Origin: an uncultured delta proteobacterium
GTDB taxonomy: Bacteria; Desulfobacterota; Binatia; UBA9968
Reading direction: 5' to 3'
Assembly (NCBI GenBank): GCA_963745835.1
Contig: CAVUZH010000018.1
Location: 416,001 to 480,000, forward strand
Length of the DNA stretch: 64,000 bases
Part shown: positions 48,501-58,573 of the stretch, piece after piece
Numbering within the stretch: position 1 is the stretch's first letter
Layout of the letters: every line of letters starts with the position of its first letter
Made by a program: the position numbers and the translations under genes
Notes under the pieces: generated by a model
Database searches by the model: none
What the model was told of the DNA's origin: nothing
Seen by the model: only the letters and a program-made list of their open reading frames with translations

Positions 48501-49157
48501 GAGCCCACGACGGTTTGTCTCACGAATCGACAAAACCAGGTGACGGGATCCTATTCTTTGGCCGCGCGTCTTTTAGCACGAGGCGAGCGAGATCATTTGT
48601 TAAGAGCGCTTCAGGGCACTTTTGAGCTCACCGCTCGAAACGGTGAGTTCATTCGTTCACCGGGAATTGATGCTACATTCGACTACCTCAACGCTACCGG
48701 TGACTTCCAAACCGCATTCCCTGATCTTGATAGGCAGACGTTTCCTTATCGCTCTGTCGAAGTTAAGGGGAGGATTGAAGGCAAGATGCTGATAGGCGAT
48801 GAGATCAATGTTAGCTCATCCCGGATCAACCTGAGCGGCCAGGGCAGAGTCGACCTGGAGCGAAACCAGATTGACGGTAAAGGCCTCATCGCCGTCCTCA
48901 AACCTGTAGACGAGGTGATCCGCCGGATCCCGGGAATTAGGTCGGTGCTTGGTGGCTCCCTGTTAGGCATCCCCGTGCGAGTTACCGGTGAGCTCGAACA
49001 CCCCGATGTTAGCTATTTGTCGCCCGCAGACGTTGGCGCGGAGCTGATAAATATTCCATTGAGAATTCTCGGCGTGCCCATCGGCGCCATGAGGCTCTTT
49101 ACTCCGCGGCGTGATTTGCGTGATAGAAAATCACCAAGTCAGCCAAGCGGGTCGTGA
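45513..49157 (+). CDS. AsmA-like (YhdP/DUF3971-type) envelope-spanning protein
   Basis: 1214 aa, N-terminal TM anchor, beta-rich body, C-terminal GQGRVDL...IPGIRSVLGG...VTGELEHPDV typical of the AsmA_2 end. Confidence 0.75.
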   Translation: MKLPRAITFAGAAAAVVIVAAVASALLLPWLIDSRLVKEKISSELLKRTYASVIFDKITLLWFPWPTLVIENTEISLEDNARASIRSVRIYPSIYHLLTGRLIVHRALLQEPRITYRVPQHPGTPLDLEEWEEQIRSALVRLTEESPASDIQLSNGSAEISIGDKPPMLLEDVTAQTIASPEQFRFTISARSNLWEQLRGEGSISPESLESQLHVGLQQINIRETLVLIAPQIAEGARDGKATFDIKMSSVGLRHMKAAVDGSVGPFVFTGHGGTATVEAKRLRGGITYEGKVFQVNVEQLELGSPRLQASGQLKIQPGSLSAQIKVRDVNIAEVNHMALRLVDDTEPAKRIMRYIPAGTIPEVNFHSSGRSLAEMISSQNIVVAAAVRDCRILIPAYDLEFKNVGGSLRIANGVLEASNVTANLGTAKGWNGKLRLGLDGKSAPFHLDISAHSAAPDLHSFLLKTVDKEPLRGELLKLRNVSGELSGRVVLGDSLDAISPVVTISALAISASYEDMPFPIEIRRGRFSYDRRLIKLENAQGSVGRSIFDGVGLSLDSHGGRRLSVDSGRVSLDLQQMEILLQRFNNVAAQFAKFQSARGSVELERLALSGAYDDPAAWIFASAGRFHGVEITHADLPGPVTVTRGQFTANQEKFDFSETALAIADASWLGAGTFEYLKEASRFFVIKGTGTIGAQMTEWLSHQIQWPEELKLRSPLKIAAKQLAWRAGGNISFNGQVTAAGGPQLSLVAVKNPQWLGVQNLSIQDGDRRARVIFLVAKDQLEFSFSGALVQQTIDKIFASFPTKDSALSGEIQLSASLTRPVRVSAQGRLEGSNLWLPLGTEKALLERFDIEASGDSLSVRSADLLWSKSRFAVSGKVAGTRENLRLDLDVTGDQLDWEELQRIFAGGGKQRQPEKVGAESFPTMEGTIRFRTNRFAFAGFDFTALETMATISPSGIRAKIDQAIVCGINVMGRVDVIGSEIGVDVELAARSAQLEPTTVCLTNRQNQVTGSYSLAARLLARGERDHLLRALQGTFELTARNGEFIRSPGIDATFDYLNATGDFQTAFPDLDRQTFPYRSVEVKGRIEGKMLIGDEINVSSSRINLSGQGRVDLERNQIDGKGLIAVLKPVDEVIRRIPGIRSVLGGSLLGIPVRVTGELEHPDVSYLSPADVGAELINIPLRILGVPIGAMRLFTPRRDLRDRKSPSQPSGS

Positions 49158-49198
49158 AAATAGCCGCGCACGGATGTTCGACATTCGCAGAGGTCTTT

Positions 49199-49597
49199 AT
49201 GAATAGATCTTTAGGCTTCAAAATCATCCTCTTTTTGGCGTTTTTGCAAAGCGTTTTTGGTCTTATGCGCGCGTATAACTGGGTGCAAATTGGTGTCGAC
49301 ATTTTTGGTCAGGGAGGTTTGTTTTTGCCTTTAGTCGGTGCGTTGGCAGTGATGCGCGGTCTGATTATCTCGGTTGTTGCGCTGTTATATCTGTTGTCAG
49401 TTTTCGGAGCGCTGCTGGCAAAAGGTTGGGCTTGGTGGACCGGTGTGATCGCAGTCGTGCTCAACCTGCTGCTGGTTCTGGCTGGCTTAGCTCAAGGGGC
49501 TTCCGTATTGGACGCCCTGGTCTGGTCGGTAATCCCAGTGATCCTATTGTTTTATCTGTTTACTCCGACGAAGAATAATGCACTCAGGAGCGCATAG
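49199..49597 (+). CDS. Four-TM hypothetical membrane protein
   Basis: GAGG RBS; four hydrophobic helices. Confidence 0.6.
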   Translation: MNRSLGFKIILFLAFLQSVFGLMRAYNWVQIGVDIFGQGGLFLPLVGALAVMRGLIISVVALLYLLSVFGALLAKGWAWWTGVIAVVLNLLLVLAGLAQGASVLDALVWSVIPVILLFYLFTPTKNNALRSA

Positions 49598-49620
49598 TGT
49601 TCCAGGACGCATGCCCGCCG

Positions 49621-49640
49621 TATTGGACCAAAGTCCAATA
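49621..49640 (+). promoter_or_regulatory. Palindromic box copy 8
   Basis: TATTGGACCAAAGTCCAATA (perfect). Confidence 0.85.
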
Positions 49641-49871
49641 GTTTTGCATTTTACCGTCTGCCAAATTACTGCCATACGAGATCGCCGAGCACAGCCCTGT
49701 TCTGGCTCATTGAACGATTCGCGGCATTAAGCCGCGAACAATCAGGAGCGTCGAGCAAGATCGGAAAGTAATAATGACGTTACTGTTCTGTTGACCAAAA
49801 TCCGACACACACCTGACGGAGTAACCATCGCGGTGCCAACCTCTTCACGGCGTGCCTTACAGGGGTGAAAT

Positions 49872-51424
49872 ATGGAGACTAGATATAAGTTGTACAAGGG
49901 CTTGTTGACGATTCTCGGACTGGCCTCTCTTCTGAGCGCGTGCAGTCCGGCGATCACCTGGGATTACCCGCGCACCCCGTCAAATCTTTTCGCACATCCG
50001 CAAGACCACTACCGTCGGCGCGCTGTTTCAGGAAGCGGCCGACAAGCATCCGGGACTATCCGGCTTCTCGGTTATTCGGCAAGGTGGTCCGGCGTTCATG
50101 GCTCGGCTGGCAATGGCCGAGTTGGCCGAAAAGACGCTCGGACGGGCAGTACTACATCTGGGATGGCGACACCAGCGGCCTGATCTTGGCCGACCGGCTG
50201 CTGCGTGCCGCCGACCGCGGCGTCCGTGTGCGCTTGTTGATCGACGACCATTATATGACGGAAACCAGAGACGCCAACATTGCGGCGCTCGACGCCCATC
50301 CCAGCATCGAGATCCGTTTCTTCAACCCGGTCAGGAACCGGCGGTGGCGCATGATGAGCTTCTTGGCCGAGTTTGGCCGGGTCAATCATCGGATGCACAA
50401 CAAGCTGTTCGTCATGGACAACGCTGTGGGAATTGTCGGCGGACGCAACATCGCGGATGTCTATTTTGGCGTGCGCACGGAGCATAACTATGTGGATCTC
50501 GATGTTATGAACGCCGGTCCGATCGTCAACGATTTATCGACGAGCTTCGATCTGTTCTGGAACAGTGAATGGGCGCTACCCGTCGGTGCGGTCGTGGAAG
50601 AGCGCGCGACCGAACAGAATTTGCGGGACTTTCGGAAACGGCTTGAGGAAAAACTCGCTGCCACCGGCTATCCGTATCCCATCGACGAACGTCTCGAGGG
50701 CCTTCGCTCGCGTTTGGTCGAGATCAGGGACACATTCACCTGGGCCCCGGCCAAAGTTTTGGTCGAGCATCCGTCCAGGGTTGCCACGGAAGCGGGCAAC
50801 GTTATCGCTTTGGCACTGCGCCAACGGGCCAATGAGGTGGAGCGCGAACTGTTGATCGAGTCGCCGTATTTTGTGCTGGGCGACCCGACGATCGAAAGAG
50901 TGCGAGAACTCACGGCGCGAGGTGTCAAGGTCCGCGTGTTGACCAATTCCGCCGCCTCTCATGACGTGCTCCCGGCGCTGGCGGGTTATGTCAATACGCG
51001 CAAGAAACTGCTCAATGCCGGCATCGAGCTGTACGAGTTGCGCGCGGATAGCGATATTCCACGGATCTGGTCGGTGTTGGCGGGAAAATCGGGAGCTGCG
51101 TTGCATTCCAAGTCCCTTGTGTTCGATCGCAAGTCGGTGTTCATCGGCAGTTTCAATCTCGATCCTCGATCGACGGCCCTCAACACCGAGATCGGTGTGA
51201 TGATCGACAGTCCGGAGATTGCTAGCCGGGTGGGAGAGTTGATGGATGAAGGGATCTCCCCCGGCAGCGCCTTTCACGTCACGCTCGACAAGAACGATAA
51301 TCTGGTATGGACCGCTGAGAACAACGAGGAAAAAGTGGAGTACGACAAAGATCCGGAGACAAGTTTCTGGCACCGGTTCGTTGTCGGTATCGTCGGCTTG
51401 CTGCCGATTGAGGACCAGCTATAG
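49872..51424 (+). CDS. Phospholipase D family lipoprotein, cardiolipin synthase ClsC-like (two +1 frameshifts near 50007 and 50141)
   Basis: Lipobox LSAC; QYYIW, RMHNKLFVMD and LHSKSLVFD HKD motifs, GSFNLDPRS. Confidence 0.85.
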
Positions 51425-51542
51425 AGGGGCTGTGGCGGGATTTTTCAAGATAACAGGAATCGAACGTCTTAGGTTGCTCCCGGATTTCTGGATTGAGCTG
51501 TGCTGTTTTCGTGCGAGTCGCGCGGCAACGAACATTGTGGCG

Positions 51543-51562
51543 TATTGGACCAAAGGCCAATA
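51543..51562 (+). promoter_or_regulatory. Palindromic box copy 9
   Basis: TATTGGACCAAAGGCCAATA (1 mismatch). Confidence 0.8.
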
Positions 51563-51692
51563 TACAGGCTCACCGATTCTGATAGAACGCTCGTGGATCC
51601 CAGTTACAGACAGTCCCATCGCTTGTGGAACTCGATCAAGCGGTGGGCGCAACGATCTCCGGCTAACGGGGATCAGAAAGGACAGGAGAACT

Positions 51693-52100
51693 ATGAAGAT
51701 AGGATACCTAGCAAAGGGCGTTGGCCTCGCGTCGGTTGTCGCGCTGGGTGCCATTGGCAGCGCCAGTGCTGACGAGTGGTTCGTGCTCAGTCAGAAGGCG
51801 ATCAAGTCCATGGATCCAAACGTGGAGATCAAGGCCGAAGCAGGGAAGATGTGGAAGGAGGACATCAAGAAGACGAAGATCACCGTCGAGGGCGCTGACG
51901 TGGAGATCACGAAGGTCGTCCTCCGCTGGCAGGGTCGTAAGGACGAAACCATCACGAAAGTGGGAGTCATAAAGTCGGGAGGACAAACGGCTGAGAAGGA
52001 CGCTCCAGGACGTGAATCGACCCTCACATCGGTGGCGGTCCAGTACAAGATCCTCAATGATAAACCGTCGGCCACCCTCAAGGTTTGGGGATACGACTGA
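51693..52100 (+). CDS. Small exported beta-rich protein (possibly DUF2541-like)
   Basis: AGGAG RBS, signal peptide ending in ASA, Lys-rich beta domain. Confidence 0.65.
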   Translation: MKIGYLAKGVGLASVVALGAIGSASADEWFVLSQKAIKSMDPNVEIKAEAGKMWKEDIKKTKITVEGADVEITKVVLRWQGRKDETITKVGVIKSGGQTAEKDAPGRESTLTSVAVQYKILNDKPSATLKVWGYD

Positions 52101-52215
52101 GCGGAGTGTGAACACGGCCAGCGGACATGTAGCCGCGATCAACGCGCCAAAAGGCGAGGCGATCAGGGTTTACGTTTGCCGGAGTCGAGCACGGCTGCGG
52201 CGTTTACGTCCCATG

Positions 52216-52261
52216 GGCGGGGTGGCGAGGCTTCGGTCTGCCGAAGCCTCGCCACCCCGCC
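52216..52261. repeat. Perfect 21-bp-stem GC-rich hairpin (REP-like)
   Basis: GGCGGGGTGGCGAGGCTTCGG-TCTG-CCGAAGCCTCGCCACCCCGCC. Confidence 0.8.
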
Positions 52262-52425
52262 ATGACCGGCTTCGATACCGAGTCGATCGCCATCAACGGC
52301 GTCAGCCGAGCCGGGCCGAAGCGGAGCACCTGCCAGCCCACCGTCATAACCGGCGGTGATCAGTCCCTCATAGGCTGTCGATAACGTCTTGCCACAGGCC
52401 CGCACGCGAATCGCATGAGCCTCCC

Positions 52426-52504
52426 ATGCGAAGGAAACTACTCAACGCCGGCGTCGAGCTGTACGAGCTGCATCCGGATAGCGATATGCCAAAGATCTGG
52501 TCGG
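52426..52504 (+). pseudogene. Isolated ~80-bp fragment of a PLD/cls paralog
   Basis: RRKLLNAGVELYELHPDSDMPKIWS versus RKKLLNAGIELYELRADSDIPRIWS at about 50999-51073. Confidence 0.7.
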
Positions 52505-52972
52505 CGAGTCTCTCTCTCCTGGACCTCACTGATCGCGATCGGAATCGTTCCCGGTACCGGCCTGCCATGATCGCTGTTACGCGCCCGTGTCACAGGTCAG
52601 GTCGAAGTTGATTGAAAGTACCGAGGGTTTGCAGTTCCTCAAGCTATGGAGCTCTAGCCAATCCTATAGCATTAAAAGCTTTGCCTGTATGTACGGTCCT
52701 TAGATTTTTCCGAGATCAATGTGCCTCCGGTCGACTGCCTTCTTCCCTCGCTTGCGGCCAACATTTTGGCAGGTCCATAATTTTTCACATGCAAGAGCAA
52801 GAGCCTGCTTGTGCAGATCGCATTCGCTGCGAGGTCACTGAACGATTCAAAAGCGGTGCGCTATACGTCGAAACTGTCGCCATCGACATCTGGTACGTCG
52901 CGGAAGGCTGTCCACAAGCTGTATCGATAATGAATTTGTTCAATTGCGGGTCATTCAGAACCAGGAAATCAG

Positions 52973-53356
52973 TTAGGACACGACAGCTAACCAGTCAACA
53001 GCATCTTTTGAATCACGAAATACCGCGATACGGAAGCCATATTTCGCCAAACAGGTGCTCACGTCGGATAAGTTAGCATGATCGTCGGCATCGAGTGGAG
53101 AAACTAAGGCAATTCTGTTTCCGGCTGGGTATAAATCCGGCCGGAGTTCGGATAACAACTGATCGATCTCTGCAGGCGCAATCCTGCAGGTAGCCTCAAT
53201 GAGATCAATTAAAACTTTGCAATTGGTATGACCCAGCGTCGCAGCTGCGACCTTGCTGAGGATTTGCTCTAGACCGCCGGCGTTTAATATCCCTTGAGCG
53301 ATCATAATCATGTAATTTCCTTTTTGCCAACTGAGCTGTTTGATCTGGATACGCAT
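52973..53356 (-). CDS. SpoIIAA/STAS-SEC14-like hypothetical protein
   Basis: KVLIDL, RIALVS and C-terminal VFRDSKDAVDWL pattern. Confidence 0.55.
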   Translation of the reverse strand: MRIQIKQLSWQKGNYMIMIAQGILNAGGLEQILSKVAAATLGHTNCKVLIDLIEATCRIAPAEIDQLLSELRPDLYPAGNRIALVSPLDADDHANLSDVSTCLAKYGFRIAVFRDSKDAVDWLAVVS

Positions 53357-53941
53357 GAAGATTCCATCGAGAATGAAAAAATGGGGAAAGCCTTTGCAAC
53401 AGTTTTAGTTCTCCCGACGAAATTTCACGGAGGTGCGAGCGGAAAAGCCAATGCTCCAGAAATCCAGAAACCTGCAGCCGCCGGCTAGAGTTGGTTACGG
53501 GAGCGCCGTCGCTTATGGCGTCTTACTGGTGGACCGATGCGTGGCTGGCTCTTAAGCCATGTGATCAGCTCTGTTTCAAGCATGCCAGGGGTAGCCAGTG
53601 GTGTGACCCGGCGAAGCGGCAACCGTGGTTTTTTGCCAATCGTTTTATAGAATCCTCGCTCAGTCCAAAAAGTCTTGCGATTATTTGCAACTGCAACCAT
53701 CGATCCGTGCAAATTGTCATCCGAATATTTCATCCTTGTACGTATATACCCGTTGTTCACGGGCCCGTTGGGATCACCTCGAGTCGACCCGAAGTGGACA
53801 TTAGCTGGGTCGTCTTTGGTCCTGCAGATTTCGCGTGACAGAAAAAAGCTAAATAGAGATTTCTCATGGTAAGGCTTGAAAACGTCACTGTCTTGGCATG
53901 TGATGCCTTTTACCTGGTAATAGAAACCATCGAGTGCGGTT

Positions 53942-54979
53942 ATGCCGGTCTCTAAAAACCCGATGATCTCCATATCTGCTGCGGCCGGACTGATCGAGGC
54001 GATTAAAGCGGCAGGCGCGAATCCTGATGATGTTCTCGGAACGATCGCAGTGGATAGCGCGATTTTTGCCAATCCGGATGGGTTTATTAGGGTTTCGACC
54101 TTCGCGCGAATTCTAGAAGAAGCGGCCCGCGTGAGCTCGGATGCATGCTTCGGGCTGCATTTCGGCGAACGCTACAATCCAAAGAATATAGGTTCGTTGG
54201 TCTATGTGGTCTTGAATTCACCGACGATTGCGGCAGGTATCGAAAACACAGCGCGGTTTATTAAGATTCATAACGAGGCAGCCAGAGCCTCACTCCTCGT
54301 CGAAAAAGACCGTGCGTATCTTAGATTCTTGCCGAACGAGCTTCTGATTCACACTTCGCGCCAACATAGCGAATACGCCATGGCCGTTGCTCTTAATACA
54401 TTGAGATTAATGGTTGGCAGCGAATGGGCGCCGCAGGAGGTTCATTTCACGCATCAGCTGGAGGTCGCCACTCCGGAGCATTTCCGCGTGTTCTGCGCTC
54501 CAATTATGTTTGGCTGTCCGGCCAATGCTTTTGTTGTCGAGAGTGATTTTCTGAAGCGGGAGGTGCCGGCAGCGGACCCGCGGCTCTATCGCATACTGAA
54601 GCGTTACCTGGGACGTATGTTGAACGAGATGCCACGCGAAGACGACCTACTTGCCGCCGTTCGACGCATGATTGGAGAAGCAATCCGGGATGCAGAGCCA
54701 AAACTTTCGCTCGCAGCAAAAAAACTTGGCATGAGCCCGCGTCGCCTACAGAGGCGACTCCAAGAGTACGGACTGGACTTCAAGAGGCTAGTCGACGATA
54801 CCCGCCAACGGTTGGCCCTCCAGTACATCAAGGAAGAAAAGGACACTCTTACGCAAATCGCTTTCATGCTCGGCTACTCGGACGTCAGTGCGTTCAATCG
54901 AGCCTTCAAGCGCTGGACCGGCACAGCACCCTTGGAATACCGTCGTACCGTTGCGAAGCAAGCCAGCACATATGTCTAG
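53942..54979 (+). CDS. AraC-family transcriptional regulator (OruR/VqsM-like architecture)
   Basis: FGLHFGE N-terminal domain; LGMSPRRLQRRL and IAFMLGYSDVSAFNRAFKRWTG double HTH. Confidence 0.92.
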   Translation: MPVSKNPMISISAAAGLIEAIKAAGANPDDVLGTIAVDSAIFANPDGFIRVSTFARILEEAARVSSDACFGLHFGERYNPKNIGSLVYVVLNSPTIAAGIENTARFIKIHNEAARASLLVEKDRAYLRFLPNELLIHTSRQHSEYAMAVALNTLRLMVGSEWAPQEVHFTHQLEVATPEHFRVFCAPIMFGCPANAFVVESDFLKREVPAADPRLYRILKRYLGRMLNEMPREDDLLAAVRRMIGEAIRDAEPKLSLAAKKLGMSPRRLQRRLQEYGLDFKRLVDDTRQRLALQYIKEEKDTLTQIAFMLGYSDVSAFNRAFKRWTGTAPLEYRRTVAKQASTYV

Positions 54980-55287
54980 AGTCAAAAGTGACTTTGGGGG
55001 CGCCTGAGATAAAACTCAACGTCCTTCATGAAATGGAATTCGAACGGCTAATCAGATTAATTCTCACTTAACCCTCACCGAAATCCGCCGTGATGATCAA
55101 GACTCCGGATTGCCATCCGCTCGTATCGAGGGAGTAGTCTCGGAGAAAGTCGTCCGCTCGCGCCATTCGACTCAGGACCATCCTGAAACGATTCGCGAGA
55201 TCAAGCGCATTTTGATCGAGCATCATTTCAGCGCTTTTGATCTTTTATTTGCTCTCGGCGAGAGGTCGCCGTATGTTTAGCCGGTAA

Positions 55288-56883
55288 GTGATTCGCTTTA
55301 GATTAGCGTTGAACACACGCGAAGAAAGCAGACGCGATACGAGGTTTTCGGTGTGGGACTGCGTCGACCATTTTAAGCTCGCAATTTCAGTTTTCCGAGG
55401 TGCACTCGTGAAGCACGCTTTCGTTACTTCGCAAAAACAAAGCTGCACAATTGGCAATGGGGCAGTAGCCACAAGCTACCGGCAGTCGGTTCGAGATAAA
55501 GCAGAACGAGCTTCTCCCACTATCAAGACTCAGAGGGGGCGCAGTTTTCGGACCGGCAGCCTCTTGGCTGTTTTTGCGATATTCGTAGTGTTTGCCGGCT
55601 GTACAGCCGTTGAAGAAGCTCAGCAGGGCGTGAGAGGTATTTTTACACCTCTTTCGATGGGTGCTGCAAAAAAGACTACAAAGCGCGCCGACCAGATCAC
55701 CCAAGAAGAGTTGGATCAGCTCACTTTAGGGTTCTCAGATCGCTATCTCACCTATATTGGGTCGGCGATGGGAGCGATCGAACGTGACAATGCCGATGCC
55801 GCGCAGCGCCGCCGTGCGCACCAGGTAAGGCTGGTACAAGTCAGCGCCATTTACGATATTGTCACCAACGCCGATCCGTTTACGCGTCTTATGGATCTCG
55901 TCCTGACGGTAACGCTCCAAAGCCAAACTTGGATCGAGGATGACCAGGCCGAAAAATGGTTCGGCGCGCGCGCCCGGCCGCTCATTAATGCCTCGCGCAA
56001 AGCGCGAGAGGACATTTGGCAGATCGCGGCGCGTGCCATGACTACCGACCAACTCGAAGTCCTCGATTATCTCATTTGGGACTGGCGCCAGCAAAACCCA
56101 GGCATCGAGATTGTCTCCTATGTTCGCTTCGACGACGTCGCCGCAGCACGCGGTAAATCAATCGTCGCCGACGTCAAGAGCGGAACCGGCTTGCTCGCAC
56201 CCGTCGGGGAAGCGACCAAAGCAGTTGACGAAACAAGAATGTTGGCCGAGCGCGCATTCTTCTATGTTAAGCGTTTGCCGTTCTTATTAAATTGGCAGGT
56301 GCGCTTGGCGGTCGAGGACGTCTTGGGACAGTCGGAAATCCAGGAAATGTCCCGGGGATTGCTGGGCGTTACCCGTATGGTCGAAAAGCTGCCTCAGGAT
56401 ATCGCTCGCGAGCGCGAGGCGTTGCTGGCGACTCTCAAGAGGGAACAGCCCCTGTTTAATGCGCTCTCGTCACAGTACCGTGGCGCCGTCGGTGACACGA
56501 CAACTCTGGTGGGCAGCCTTACTGACTTTGCCGACACGAGCCAGCAAACTTTGGCGGAATTCAATGAACTCGTCAAAACAATTAACAAAGACGGACGGCC
56601 GTTCGACATCCGTGAATATGGCGCAACACTCGATAAGCTGACTGCCGCTCTCCAGCAAGCCGATCGCTTAGCGGGAACAGGCTTGGCCGTGGCGCAAACC
56701 GCTCAGCCACAAAGTCTCACCGAACTCATGAAGGGCGGATCGCAGCAGACGGAGACATTGGCGGCGCGAATCCTCGATACAGCATTCTGGCGCGGCTTCG
56801 CGCTCATGGTTGTCTTCTTTGCCATGCTCGCCCTCTATCGTCTGTTCTGCCTGTTGATTGATCGGCGCGGGAAGACTCAATGA
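55288..56883 (+). CDS. Hypothetical helical lipoprotein with C-terminal TM (true start probably downstream of 55288)
   Basis: Lipobox-like FAGC near 55600; coiled-coil-like C-terminal half; stop overlaps the next ATG. Confidence 0.6.
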   Translation: MIRFRLALNTREESRRDTRFSVWDCVDHFKLAISVFRGALVKHAFVTSQKQSCTIGNGAVATSYRQSVRDKAERASPTIKTQRGRSFRTGSLLAVFAIFVVFAGCTAVEEAQQGVRGIFTPLSMGAAKKTTKRADQITQEELDQLTLGFSDRYLTYIGSAMGAIERDNADAAQRRRAHQVRLVQVSAIYDIVTNADPFTRLMDLVLTVTLQSQTWIEDDQAEKWFGARARPLINASRKAREDIWQIAARAMTTDQLEVLDYLIWDWRQQNPGIEIVSYVRFDDVAAARGKSIVADVKSGTGLLAPVGEATKAVDETRMLAERAFFYVKRLPFLLNWQVRLAVEDVLGQSEIQEMSRGLLGVTRMVEKLPQDIAREREALLATLKREQPLFNALSSQYRGAVGDTTTLVGSLTDFADTSQQTLAEFNELVKTINKDGRPFDIREYGATLDKLTAALQQADRLAGTGLAVAQTAQPQSLTELMKGGSQQTETLAARILDTAFWRGFALMVVFFAMLALYRLFCLLIDRRGKTQ

Positions 56884-57854
56884 AAGCAGCTTTTCTTGCC
56901 GTGGCGCTCCTCTCATGCGCAACTGCCGCGCCGGCGGCGGAAATAACACGACCCGCCATCGTCGATCCCGAAGTGGCGGACTATCAGCGCAGTGACAAAA
57001 TGGAGGGCGTGCTCCGGGCGGTGGGTTCCTCGACGCTGTCAAATCTGCTGTTCCGTTGGGGAGCGGAGTTCCGCCGTCTGTATCCGACAGTCGATTTGCA
57101 GATCACTGGAGGAGGCTCTGAAACGGCAGTTCCCGCGCTTCTGAGCGGCGGTGCTGAACTCGGACCCATGAGCCGGCCGATGAGCGACGCCGAGGTGGAG
57201 AGATTCCGTGTCAAGTTCGGATACTTGCCGACACGGCTGACGGTAGCGATGGACGCGATCGCCGTTTACGTCAATAAGCACAATCCTCTCTCGCGTATCA
57301 GCTTTCGGGAGCTGGATGCGATATTTTCCGACACCCGGAAGCGAGGCGGGTCGCCGATTCGCACCTGGAATCAGATGGGACTTAGCGGCGAATGGATTGG
57401 CCGGCCGATTCTCTTAAAGGGGCCGTCGCCGCTGCAAGGACTGTACAGTATCTTTCGCTCATCGGTTCTTAACGGGGGTACGTACCGTTTAGCCATGCGG
57501 CCTGAACCCGTCGCCTCATCCATCGTTCAGGCAGTTGCAACAGAAGACAACGCGATCGGATTTGCCAGCCATTTTCTCGCAGCTGCGCGCACGAAGACGC
57601 TCGCCATTGCCCAAAATGACGCTGGCCCCTATGTTTTGCCCACGGCTGAGCATTCGGGCGACGGCAGTTACCCGCTGGCACGCAAACTCTTTATTTACGT
57701 AAACCGAGCGCCCGGAATGGCTCTAAGTCCCCTCACCCGCGAGTTCCTGCGCTTTATCTGTTCAGCGCAAGGGCAGGAGATCACCGCTCTTGGTGGAAAT
57801 TTTCCGCTCGGTGCGAATCTGGCAGGGCGGGAATGTGCCATGATGATCGAGTGA
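56880..57854 (+). CDS. PstS-family phosphate-binding protein, orphan
   Basis: VGSSTL, GGSETA, PMSRPM, DAIAVYVNKHNP, YPLARKLFIYVN. Confidence 0.82.
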   Translation: MKAAFLAVALLSCATAAPAAEITRPAIVDPEVADYQRSDKMEGVLRAVGSSTLSNLLFRWGAEFRRLYPTVDLQITGGGSETAVPALLSGGAELGPMSRPMSDAEVERFRVKFGYLPTRLTVAMDAIAVYVNKHNPLSRISFRELDAIFSDTRKRGGSPIRTWNQMGLSGEWIGRPILLKGPSPLQGLYSIFRSSVLNGGTYRLAMRPEPVASSIVQAVATEDNAIGFASHFLAAARTKTLAIAQNDAGPYVLPTAEHSGDGSYPLARKLFIYVNRAPGMALSPLTREFLRFICSAQGQEITALGGNFPLGANLAGRECAMMIE

Positions 57855-57983
57855 GTAAGTGGAGTAGGTTTACCCCGCTTGAGCGGCTCACATTGAGAAA
57901 TGCATTTTTTCGACAGCTCATGAAGGGATGATGTCAGCATCTTCAGAGACGCATTTCTCAGAACGGACGTGATTTCGAGAAGC

Positions 57984-58018
57984 AAGGCGTGCAGGATACA
58001 ACCCGCGCGCCTTTTTTT
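57984..58018 (+). terminator. Probable intrinsic terminator
   Basis: AAGGCGTGCAGG...CCCGCGCGCC followed by T7, between convergent genes. Confidence 0.55.
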
Positions 58019-58081
58019 ATTTTAACTGCGCTGCCTCGATCTAACCTTGCTCGCGATAGCCTCCGTTAATCCATAAACCGG

Positions 58082-58573
58082 CTAGGGCGAGAGCCCTTGG
58101 CTTGCAGTGCTGATAGTATCGCCTACCCGAATGATTCCGCCGCGCACGACATCGGCACGCAAGCCGCCGCGATGAATCAATCCGCGCATAACGCCTTTGA
58201 CCGTAAGTTTTTCCAAATGCGCGCAGGGTTCGCACAGCCTGGTGCCGCGTAGCACCGCCTCGCCGACGGCAAATTCTCGATCGATAAGATGATTGAGCCC
58301 CACTCCTCGAGTCACGATGTTGCGCCTGGCTTGCGCAGCATCGATGTCGATCCCATATTCTCGTCCCAAAGCCTCGATGGCTTCGATTTCGATCAAGGTC
58401 ACTTCCCGGCCGGTGCCGGGAGTTTTGCTGTAAGTGCCGGTTTTGAGATAGTAGCGATCCCCTTCCAGTCCCTTGCCGGCGGTGGCCTGGATCTCTCCGA
58501 GTGAGATGATCGGGGCGGCCCCAGCAAAAGCGATATGGATCGATGAAACGGCGCCTGTCACGATTATGGTCAA
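58082..58573 (-). CDS. MOSC domain protein
   Basis: GLEGDRY, RRNIVTRG, LCEPCAHL, RGGLRA. Confidence 0.88.
   Translation of the reverse strand: MTIIVTGAVSSIHIAFAGAAPIISLGEIQATAGKGLEGDRYYLKTGTYSKTPGTGREVTLIEIEAIEALGREYGIDIDAAQARRNIVTRGVGLNHLIDREFAVGEAVLRGTRLCEPCAHLEKLTVKGVMRGLIHRGGLRADVVRGGIIRVGDTISTASQGLSP

Noticed and set aside
53942-54979. The AraC regulator as the cognate factor for the palindrome
   Set aside because: AraC proteins generally bind asymmetric or direct-repeat sites and no box lies near this gene; not excluded, but unsupported.
55125-55185. yybP-ykoY-like riboswitch (GAGGGAGTAG)
   Set aside because: Only the 5' motif is similar; the other conserved loop and pairing could not be found.
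55212-55228. FNR-like site (ttgatcgagcatcat), and FNR boxes at the respiratory promoters
   Set aside because: Spacing and half-site are imperfect, and no TTGAT-N4-ATCAA was seen upstream of fdh or frd.
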